DNA of 64,000 nt from Alphaproteobacteria bacterium HGW-Alphaproteobacteria-7 (GTDB lineage Bacteria > Pseudomonadota > Alphaproteobacteria > Sphingomonadales > Sphingomonadaceae), in assembly GCA_002842735.1 (NCBI GenBank), contig PHEB01000020.1, forward strand, positions 579-64,578. Reading direction: 5' to 3'. Positions within the stretch are counted from its first letter, which is position 1; each line of letters begins with the position of its first letter. A program made the position numbers and the translations under genes. The notes beneath the pieces are model-generated. The model had not been told where the DNA came from, ran no database searches, and saw only the letters and a program-made list of their open reading frames with translations. Below, piece by piece: positions 1 through 6,391 of the stretch.

Positions 1-362
1 CACAAAAGGTCGCCGATGCCGCGCGCGAATGGCACGCCGACCGCGTCGTGGCAGAGGCCAATCAGGGCGGGGCGATGGTCGAAAGCGTGCTGCGCGCCGC
101 CGATCAGGCGCTGCCGATCAGGCTGGTGCACGCTGCCCGCGGCAAGGTTGCCCGCGCCGAACCCATCGCCGCGCTCTACGCTGCAGGGCGGGTGCGCCAC
201 GTGGGGATGTTCGCACGGCTCGAAGACCAATTGTGCGGGCTGCTGGTGGGCGGAACCTATGCCGGCCCCGGCCGCAGCCCAGACCGCGCCGACGCGCTGG
301 TGTGGGGATTGAGCGAATTGATGCTGGGGCGAAACAACCGCCCCAGCGTGCGGCCAATCTGA
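1..362 (+). CDS. GTA/phage terminase large subunit, C-terminal end (5' partial, continues upstream of window); RcGTA g2-like
   Basis: Frame 3 is open from base 3. Peptide ADRVVAEANQGGAMVESVLR...RGKVARAEPIAALYAAGRVRHVG...SPDRADALVWGL looks like the conserved TerL C-terminus of GTA clusters. The portal gene follows 30 nt later. Confidence 0.85.
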   Translation, partial: QKVADAAREWHADRVVAEANQGGAMVESVLRAADQALPIRLVHAARGKVARAEPIAALYAAGRVRHVGMFARLEDQLCGLLVGGTYAGPGRSPDRADALVWGLSELMLGRNNRPSVRPI

Positions 363-391
363 CGCGCCGCGACCAAGACAAAGGAAATCCG

Positions 392-1561
392 ATGGCATTG
401 CTCGACACTCTCCTCTCCGCCTTCAAGGGCGGGGAGCACACCCGCGTGCCGCTGGCGCCCGGCATGATGCAGGGGTGGCACCCGGCGTTTGCGGCTGGGC
501 CGGGGCCGCGCAGCTATGATTATACCCGTGCGATTGGTGAAGGTTTTCTGGCCAACCCGATTGCCCAGCGATCGGTCAGGATCGTGGCCGAGGCGGTGGG
601 GCAGGCCCCGCTGGCCTGCAACGATCCGCGCCTCGCCGCGCTGGTCACCGCTACCAGCGCCGGGCAATCGCTGATCGAAACGCTGGCCGCGCAATTGCTG
701 CTGCATGGCAATGGCTATGTGCAGATCCTGAAAGATGCGAGCGGCACGCCGGTGGAACTGTTCGCGCTGCGGCCCGAACGGGTGAAGGTGGCAACCGGGC
801 CGGATGGCTGGCCGTGCGGCTATGATTACACGGTGAATAATCGCACCGCGCGCATCGCGGTAGAGGATGAGGATGGCTGGCCGGGGATCATCGCGATCCG
901 GACGATGCATCCGCTTGACGATCACTGCGGCGCGGGCGCGCTGGAGGCGGCGTGGCAGGCGGTGCTGATCCACAATGCCGCGACCCATTGGAACCGCGCG
1001 CTGCTGGAAAACGCGGCGCGGCCATCGGGCGCGCTGGTTTACGAGCCGGGGGACGGCGCGAGCCTCGCGCATGAACAGTTCGAACGGTTGAAGCGCGAGC
1101 TGGATATCGCCTTTTCGGGCGCGGCCAATGCGGGGCGTCCGATGCTGCTCGACGGCGGGCTGAAATGGCAGAGCATGGCGCTGACCCCGGCGGACATGGA
1201 CTTCGCGACGCTCAAAAGCGCGGCGGCGCGCGATATCGCGCTGGCGTTCGGGGTGCCGCCGATGCTGCTCGGCCTGCCGGGCGACAACACCTATGCCAAT
1301 TACCGTGAGGCCAACCGCGCGCTGTGGCGGCTGACGCTGCTGCCGCTGGCGGAGAAACTGTTTTCCGCGCTGCGTCAGGGCCTCGCCCCGTGGTTCCCCG
1401 ATGCTGAAATCGGGGTCGATCTCGACCGGGTCACGGCGCTGTCGGAAGACCGCGAGCGGTTGTGGTCGCAGGTGTCCGACGCCGATTTCCTGACCCGCGC
1501 GGAAAAACGCCAGATGCTGGGCCTGAACCCTGAAGAACAGCCAGAGGAGAATACCGCATGA
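392..1561 (+). CDS. HK97-family phage/GTA portal protein (RcGTA g3-like)
   Basis: ATG 392 is in frame with track ORF 29..1561 and preceded by AAGGAAA. Portal-like motifs: HGNGYVQIL, FGVPPMLLGLPGDNTYANYREANRALW. The upstream 121 codons are Arg/Pro-rich junk overlapping TerL. Confidence 0.9.
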   Translation: MALLDTLLSAFKGGEHTRVPLAPGMMQGWHPAFAAGPGPRSYDYTRAIGEGFLANPIAQRSVRIVAEAVGQAPLACNDPRLAALVTATSAGQSLIETLAAQLLLHGNGYVQILKDASGTPVELFALRPERVKVATGPDGWPCGYDYTVNNRTARIAVEDEDGWPGIIAIRTMHPLDDHCGAGALEAAWQAVLIHNAATHWNRALLENAARPSGALVYEPGDGASLAHEQFERLKRELDIAFSGAANAGRPMLLDGGLKWQSMALTPADMDFATLKSAAARDIALAFGVPPMLLGLPGDNTYANYREANRALWRLTLLPLAEKLFSALRQGLAPWFPDAEIGVDLDRVTALSEDRERLWSQVSDADFLTRAEKRQMLGLNPEEQPEENTA

Positions 1562-1863
1562 GCCGCGCAGATGTGCTTGCCAGCCTGATGGTGCAGGCCC
1601 GCAATGATGGGGCAGCGCTGGTTACTTTACGCGCTATCGTCGAGGAATCGAGCGCGCTCGCCACCGACCGGGTGCTCGAACGGCTCGGGCTGGGCGATGC
1701 CGGGGCCGAGAGCGATCTGGTCGAACTGCGCGAACTGCTACGGGCGTGGCGCGATACCAAGGCCAGCGCGTGGAAGGCGTTGATGGAATGGATCATCCGC
1801 GGCGCGCTGGCGCTGCTGCTGATCGGGATCGCGGTGCGCCTTGGCGTGTGGGACCAGCTATGA
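1558..1863 (+). CDS. small GTA-cluster protein with C-terminal membrane helix (position of RcGTA g3.5)
   Basis: 101-aa ORF. Its ATG overlaps the portal stop (ATGA) and its stop overlaps the protease ATG. Hydrophobic helix ALALLLIGIAVRLGVW. Confidence 0.6.
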   Translation: MSRADVLASLMVQARNDGAALVTLRAIVEESSALATDRVLERLGLGDAGAESDLVELRELLRAWRDTKASAWKALMEWIIRGALALLLIGIAVRLGVWDQL

Positions 1864-2264
1864 GCGCGCGGGCCATGCGTTTTGCCGGCTATGCCGCGCT
1901 GTTCGACATTCCCGATGCAGCGCGCGACACAATCCGGCGCGGGGCGTTTGCCAAGACGCTGGCGAGCCAGAATACGCCCTTGCCACTATACTGGCAGCAC
2001 CGCCCCGATCAGCCGATCGGCGTGATCGAGCAGGTGTCAGAGGATGCGCGCGGATTACGGGTGATCGCCCGGATCGACCGGCCCGATAGCCGCGCGGCGA
2101 TGTTGCTGGCGCAAGGCGCGGTGAGCGGCCTCAGCTTCGGCTTCCGCACCCGCGCGGCGCGGCAATCCGATCAGGGGCGCGAACTGATCGAGATTGACCT
2201 GTTCGAAGTCAGCCTTGTCACCCACCCGCTGCAACACGGGGCCAGAGTGCATTTTGTGAATTAG
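1860..2264 (+). CDS. HK97-family prohead protease (RcGTA g4-like)
   Basis: ATG 1860 lies inside track ORF 1746..2264 and overlaps the preceding stop. Motifs: FAGYAALFDIPD, LPLYWQHRPDQPIGV, VSGLSFGF, LFEVSLVTHPLQ. Confidence 0.88.
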   Translation: MSARAMRFAGYAALFDIPDAARDTIRRGAFAKTLASQNTPLPLYWQHRPDQPIGVIEQVSEDARGLRVIARIDRPDSRAAMLLAQGAVSGLSFGFRTRAARQSDQGRELIEIDLFEVSLVTHPLQHGARVHFVN

Positions 2265-2390
2265 CCTCAAGCGCCGGGCGGGGCCGTCCGCCCCCTTGGC
2301 TTTCCTCGCTCCCTCCGGTCGCTGCGGGCGGCCGGTCGGCCTTGCGGTCGCTGCGCGACCGAATCCCGCACATCCTTACCACCGCCGATT

Positions 2391-2415
2391 GGCCGCCATT
2401 GGGGCGGCCTTTTTT
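2391..2415 (+). terminator. intrinsic-terminator-like hairpin inside the GTA operon, just upstream of the capsid gene
   Basis: GGCCGCC(2391-2397)-attgg-GGCGGCC(2403-2409) followed by TTTTTT (2410-2415). Capsid ATG is at 2442. Confidence 0.55.
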
Positions 2416-2441
2416 CTGCCCAACCGAAAGGCCAATGCCCC

Positions 2442-3593
2442 ATGGAACATACCCAACCTGCGATGACCACCACCGATCCGCTGGACGCCAGCTTTGACAT
2501 CATTGCCCGTCAGGATCAGGCCGATGCGGCCATCACCGGCCTGCGCACCGATGTTGACGAGGTGAAAGCGCGGCTCGACAAGGTCGCCCGCGCCGCCACC
2601 CGCCCGGCGATGGGCGGCACCCCGGTAAACGACGCTCCTGAAGTCAAAGGCTTCGTCGATGGCTATCTGCGCCGTGGACGTGAAACCGAACTCAAGTCGA
2701 TCAGTGGCACCGCCCCCGGCGATGGCGGCTATGCCGTGCCGCGCCAGATCGACGCGGTGATTGCCGCTGAACTGGCTGAAATCAGCCCGATCCGCGCGAT
2801 TGCTCAGGTGGTGCAGACCGGCACCTCTGGCTATCGCAAGCTGGTTGCGACCGGCGGCACCGCGTCAGGCTGGGTCAGCGAAGCCGCCCCGCGCCCGGAA
2901 ACCGCACCCCCGCAATTTGCCGAAATCGCCCCGCCTTCGGGCGATCTCTACGCCAACCCGGCGGCGAGCCAGGGGATGCTGGATGACGCCGCTTTCGACA
3001 TCGAAACCTGGCTGGCCAGCGAGATTGCGCTGGAATTCGCGCGCGCCGAAGGAACGGCATTCGTTAACGGAACCGGCATCAACCAGCCCGAAGGCTTCCT
3101 CACCGCACCAACCGCCACTGCCGAAGACGGCGTGCGGGCATTCGGGACGATGCAATATATCGGATCGGGCAGCGCCGCCGGGTTCGACGCGGCGCCCGAT
3201 GCGCGGCTGATTGACCTGATCCACTCGCTCAAATCGGGGCACCGTCAGGGCGCGGTGTTCGTGATGAATTCGTCAACGCTGGCGACGGTACGCAAGCTCA
3301 AGACCGCCGATGGTGCGTTCCTGTGGCAGCCGGGCATGGTCGAAGGCCAGCCTGACCGCCTGCTGGGCTATCCGGTGATCGAGGCTGAGGATATGCCCGA
3401 TGTCGCAGGTGGGGCCTTCCCGATCGCGTTCGGCAATTTCCGCCACGGCTATCTGATCGCAGAAAACGGCGCGACCCGGGTGCTGCGCGATCCGTTCACC
3501 AACAAGCCCTTCGTGCACTTCTACGCCACCAAGCGGGTGGGCGGCAAAGTGCTCGATTCCAACGCGATCAAGCTGCTGAAGATCGAAGCCTAG
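2442..3593 (+). CDS. HK97-family major capsid protein (RcGTA g5-like)
   Basis: 383-aa ORF with an N-terminal scaffold-like coiled segment (ITGLRTDVDEVKARLDKV). Capsid body motifs: GDGGYAVPRQID, GTSGYRKLV, NGTGINQPEGFL, FGNFRHGYLIAE. Confidence 0.92.
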   Translation: MEHTQPAMTTTDPLDASFDIIARQDQADAAITGLRTDVDEVKARLDKVARAATRPAMGGTPVNDAPEVKGFVDGYLRRGRETELKSISGTAPGDGGYAVPRQIDAVIAAELAEISPIRAIAQVVQTGTSGYRKLVATGGTASGWVSEAAPRPETAPPQFAEIAPPSGDLYANPAASQGMLDDAAFDIETWLASEIALEFARAEGTAFVNGTGINQPEGFLTAPTATAEDGVRAFGTMQYIGSGSAAGFDAAPDARLIDLIHSLKSGHRQGAVFVMNSSTLATVRKLKTADGAFLWQPGMVEGQPDRLLGYPVIEAEDMPDVAGGAFPIAFGNFRHGYLIAENGATRVLRDPFTNKPFVHFYATKRVGGKVLDSNAIKLLKIEA

Positions 3594-3661
3594 ACGTTAA
3601 AACTTAGGCTTCGTCTCTCCGGCAAGGTCGAGTCCCCCCCTTGCTCCCTTGCCGGTGTCTC

Positions 3662-3724
3662 GCGCCCGCATCGCTTCAGGCCCCCTTCCCGCCTGACCCA
3701 GCGATGCGGGCGCATTTTGTTTCG
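3662..3724 (+). terminator. strong intrinsic terminator directly after the capsid gene
   Basis: Perfect 14-bp stem GCGCCCGCATCGCT(3662-3675)/AGCGATGCGGGCGC(3700-3713), extended by TCAGG/CCTGA, then ATTTTGTTTCG. A second hairpin CCGGCAAGG(3619-3627)/CCTTGCCGG(3647-3655) lies upstream. Confidence 0.7.
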
Positions 3725-3747
3725 AACACAGAATTGGAGAACCCGCG

Positions 3748-4299
3748 ATGGAGCGGACTATCTTGCAGCCAGCAGCGCTTGACGGCGCGGCGCTGGCGGA
3801 GCTCAAACACTGGCTCGGGATCAGCCGCCCCAATGACGATGCGGCCCTGATCGGGCTGATCGATGCCAGTCTGGCCATCTGCGAAGCCTTCACCGGCAAG
3901 ATGCCGCTGGCGCAGACGGTCGAGGAAATCATCGCGCCGCACGCGGGGTGGCAGGAACTGGTATCGCGCCCGGTGCGCGAAATCACCGGCGCGGCATGGA
4001 TCGCCGCCGATGGCACGCGTGAAGCATTGCTGCTGCCAACCGACGCGCTGGAGTGGCGCATCGCGGTCAGCGCCTGCGTGCAATTGCTGCGCCCGTTCGA
4101 CGGGCGCGGGATCGCCTTGCAGCTGGTGGTCGGGATTGCCGATGACTGGGACAGCCTGCCCGCATCGCTGCGGCACGGGGTCATCCGGCTGGCCGCGCAT
4201 CTCTATCGAGAGCGTGACCGCGATGGCAAGGCGGGCGCAGCGGTGCCCGCCAGCGTTACCGCGCTGTGGCGGCCATGGCGCAGCACGAGGCTGGCATGA
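3748..4299 (+). CDS. phage head-tail connector (gp6-like; RcGTA g6 position)
   Basis: 183-aa ORF preceded by GGAGAA. LAELKHWLGISRPNDDAALIGLIDASLAICEAFTG is typical of gp6-like connector N-termini. Confidence 0.75.
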   Translation: MERTILQPAALDGAALAELKHWLGISRPNDDAALIGLIDASLAICEAFTGKMPLAQTVEEIIAPHAGWQELVSRPVREITGAAWIAADGTREALLLPTDALEWRIAVSACVQLLRPFDGRGIALQLVVGIADDWDSLPASLRHGVIRLAAHLYRERDRDGKAGAAVPASVTALWRPWRSTRLA

Positions 4300-4487
4300 T
4301 CCGCGCCGCCGCAGCCAGCGCCCGGCTGGTGCAGCGCCTGCGTGCGCGGGCCGAACAGATCGCCGCCAGCCGCGCAGTTGATCGCCGCAGGGAGCGCCGC
4401 GCGCCGGGTGCGGAGTGGCGTTCTGCCACCGCGCTGTGGCCCGATTTCACCGCCGATATCGCTTCAACAAACAGAACAGGGAATTGA
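4296..4487 (+). CDS. short head-tail adaptor-like protein (RcGTA g7 position, about half length)
   Basis: 63 codons from ATG 4296 (ATGA overlap with the previous stop). EWRSATALWPDF resembles the W..vatvWAe core of the phage head-tail joining family. The ORF stops at 4487, 5 nt before the next gene. Confidence 0.45.
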   Translation: MIRAAAASARLVQRLRARAEQIAASRAVDRRRERRAPGAEWRSATALWPDFTADIASTNRTGN

Positions 4488-4492
4488 CCACC

Positions 4493-4882
4493 ATGGAAAA
4501 TGACCTGCGCGCCGCGCTGATCGCCTGGCTCAGGGCCGATCCCGCGCTCGCCGCGATCAACGCGATCGAGGAAGAATCCCCGCTCAGCGTCAGCCCGCCA
4601 TGGCTCGGCATCGCGGCAAGCGCTTCGATCGATTGGGGCACCAAAGACCGGCAGGGCCGCGAAACGCGGATCGCGCTGGAGCTGGAAACCCGCACCGATC
4701 TTACCGCCGCCGACGCCCCCTTGCTCGCCGCGATTGAACGTCGGGTGCTCGACCTGCCGCCGTTTCAACCCGGTTTCGAACTCGCCTCAATCCGGTTTCT
4801 GCGTTCGCGCAGCGAAGCCCGCGCCGACAATCGCCGGGCGGCGCTCATCGAATTTCGTTTCCGCATCCTTGAACAAAATTAG
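4493..4882 (+). CDS. DUF3168-type tail completion/terminator protein (RcGTA g8-like)
   Basis: ATG 4493 lies inside track ORF 4415..4882. MENDLRAALIAWLRADPALAA...PPWLGI...RIALELETR pattern and position in the cluster. Confidence 0.7.
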   Translation: MENDLRAALIAWLRADPALAAINAIEEESPLSVSPPWLGIAASASIDWGTKDRQGRETRIALELETRTDLTAADAPLLAAIERRVLDLPPFQPGFELASIRFLRSRSEARADNRRAALIEFRFRILEQN

Positions 4883-4893
4883 GAGTTACGCCC

Positions 4894-5301
4894 ATGCCCG
4901 CCCAATCCGGCGCCGCCTTCCTGCTCAAGATCACCGATGGGGCCTCACCCCCCGCCTATCAGACCGTCGCAGGCCTTCGCACCACACAAATGTCGATCAA
5001 TGGCGACACGGTGGTCATCACCCACAAGGATTCAGGCGGGTGGCGCGACCTTTTGTCCGGCGCGGGCACCCGATCAGTGTCAGTCAGCGCTGCGGGAATC
5101 TTCCTTGGCAGTGCAGCGGAAAGCGCGGTGCGTGGCCATGCGCTGGCCGGAACGCTCGCCGATTATGAATTGTCATTCGAGGATGGCGAGCGGCTGCGCG
5201 GACGATTTCTGGTGCAACGGCTCGATTATGCCGGGGATTTCAATGGGGAGCGCAATTACACGCTCCAGCTCGAAAGCTCCGGGCCGGTCGTGCCGGCATG
5301 A
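4894..5301 (+). CDS. major tail protein, TP901-1 family (RcGTA g9-like)
   Basis: 135-aa ORF with AGGAG 8 nt upstream. GAAFLLKI...YQTVAGLRTTQMSINGDTV...FLVQRLDYAGDFNGERNYTLQLESSG. Confidence 0.85.
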   Translation: MPAQSGAAFLLKITDGASPPAYQTVAGLRTTQMSINGDTVVITHKDSGGWRDLLSGAGTRSVSVSAAGIFLGSAAESAVRGHALAGTLADYELSFEDGERLRGRFLVQRLDYAGDFNGERNYTLQLESSGPVVPA

Positions 5302-5612
5302 CCGCCGCCGCCAATCCCCTGCGCGGGGAAAGCGTGCTGATGGTGGCGGGGGTCAGCTATGTGCTGCGCCCGACCTTTGAAAGCCTAGTGCTGGCTGAAG
5401 CCGATCTGGGATCGCTGTTCGCGCTGGTCGAACGCGCGGCGGCGGGCGCGCTGACCTTGACCGAGATGACCGCGTTGCTGTGGCATTGCTTGCCGCCCGA
5501 ATCGCGGCCTGACCGTGCAGCCGTGGGTAAGGCAGTGCTGGCAATGGGGCTGGTGGCCGCCACCCAGCCGGTGCGCGCAGTGCTGGCGCAGGTGCTTCAG
5601 GGTGAGACGTGA
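5298..5612 (+). CDS. GTA tail assembly chaperone-like protein (RcGTA g10-like)
   Basis: 104-aa ORF with ATGA overlap. NPLRGESVLMVAGVSYVLRPTFESLVLAE...LTEMTALLWHCL is the conserved GTA-family pattern. Confidence 0.7.
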   Translation: MTAAANPLRGESVLMVAGVSYVLRPTFESLVLAEADLGSLFALVERAAAGALTLTEMTALLWHCLPPESRPDRAAVGKAVLAMGLVAATQPVRAVLAQVLQGET

Positions 5613-5812
5613 CCTCGACCTTCGCCGCCTGCGCCGCGCGCTGGTGCAGCCTCTCGGCCCGGCTGCTCGGCTGGCGTCCGGGTGAATTCTGGAGCGCCAC
5701 CCCGGCCGAATTGGCGATGGCCTTGGCCGCGCCTGATGATCCCGCCTGCCCACCCCCACCCAGCCGCGAGATGATCGCCCGCATGATGGAGCGCGACGCT
5801 GATGAACGATAA
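5609..5812 (+). CDS. phage tail assembly chaperone-like small protein (RcGTA g10.1 position)
   Basis: 67-aa ORF whose GTG overlaps the preceding stop. LGWRPGEFWSATPAEL motif. Confidence 0.6.
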   Translation: MTSTFAACAARWCSLSARLLGWRPGEFWSATPAELAMALAAPDDPACPPPPSREMIARMMERDADER

Positions 5813-6377
5813 TTTCGAAGAACTGGTGATCGACGTGCGCGCCCGCACCGATGGCTTTGCCACCGATCTCGAAACCATGCGCCGCTCGCTCGACACGTCT
5901 TTGCTCGATGGGTTCGGGCGGGCGGGCAATGTGCTTGAAAACGGACTGCTATCAGCGCTGCGGCGCGGCAGTCTGGGATTTGATGACCTGAAGCGCACAG
6001 CGTTCAATGCGCTCAACGAAATCGCCGCCCATGCCCTGCAATCGGGCATCAGCAACCTGTTCGGCGGTGCGAGCGGCGGGGGCGGAGGTCTGGGGGGACT
6101 GATCAGCCAGTCACTCGGCGCGCTGTTCGGCTTGCCCGGCCGCGCGACCGGCGGCCCGGTCAGCCCCGGGCGGGCGTTTCTGGTGGGTGAGCGCGGGCCG
6201 GAAGTGTTCGTCCCCACTTCATCGGGCCGGATCGACAACGGCATCGCCGCACAGGGCCGCGATGTGCGGGTCGCCATTCAACTCGCCGTTCCGCGCGGGG
6301 TGGCCGCGCCCACCGCGATGCAACGTTCATCCCGGCAAATCGCCAGCGCGGTGCGCCGCTCCTTGCAACAGGCCTGA
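5802..6377 (+). CDS. short tail tape measure protein (RcGTA g11-like)
   Basis: 191 aa with a Gly-rich centre GGASGGGGGLGGL and the C-terminal motif GGPVSPGRAFLVGERGPEVFVP typical of GTA tape measures. Confidence 0.75.
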   Translation: MNDNFEELVIDVRARTDGFATDLETMRRSLDTSLLDGFGRAGNVLENGLLSALRRGSLGFDDLKRTAFNALNEIAAHALQSGISNLFGGASGGGGGLGGLISQSLGALFGLPGRATGGPVSPGRAFLVGERGPEVFVPTSSGRIDNGIAAQGRDVRVAIQLAVPRGVAAPTAMQRSSRQIASAVRRSLQQA

Positions 6378-6391
6378 TCGGGGGAATTATC

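Noticed and set aside
29-391. Long N-terminal extensions offered by the ORF track. These include portal from 29, protease from 1746, pepN from 45202, mrpA from 56153, petA from 48785, pheT from 32776, prfC from 29637 and the hydrolase from 28081.
   Set aside because: The extensions are Arg/Pro/Gly-rich, overlap the preceding real gene and lack homology. Internal ATG/GTG starts with SD-like sequences or start/stop overlaps fit better.
257-1072. Antisense or off-frame ORFs across the GTA genes (for example 257..1072 minus, 6605..7231 minus, 9088..9771 minus, 9919..10614 minus).
   Set aside because: These are typical high-GC shadow ORFs, rich in Arg/Pro/Ala with no motifs, lying opposite genes that have clear family signatures.
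2267-2503. 78-aa minus-strand ORF in the protease-capsid spacer.
   Set aside because: It runs through the terminator hairpin and into the capsid start, with no RBS and a low-complexity composition. I treat the spacer as non-coding.
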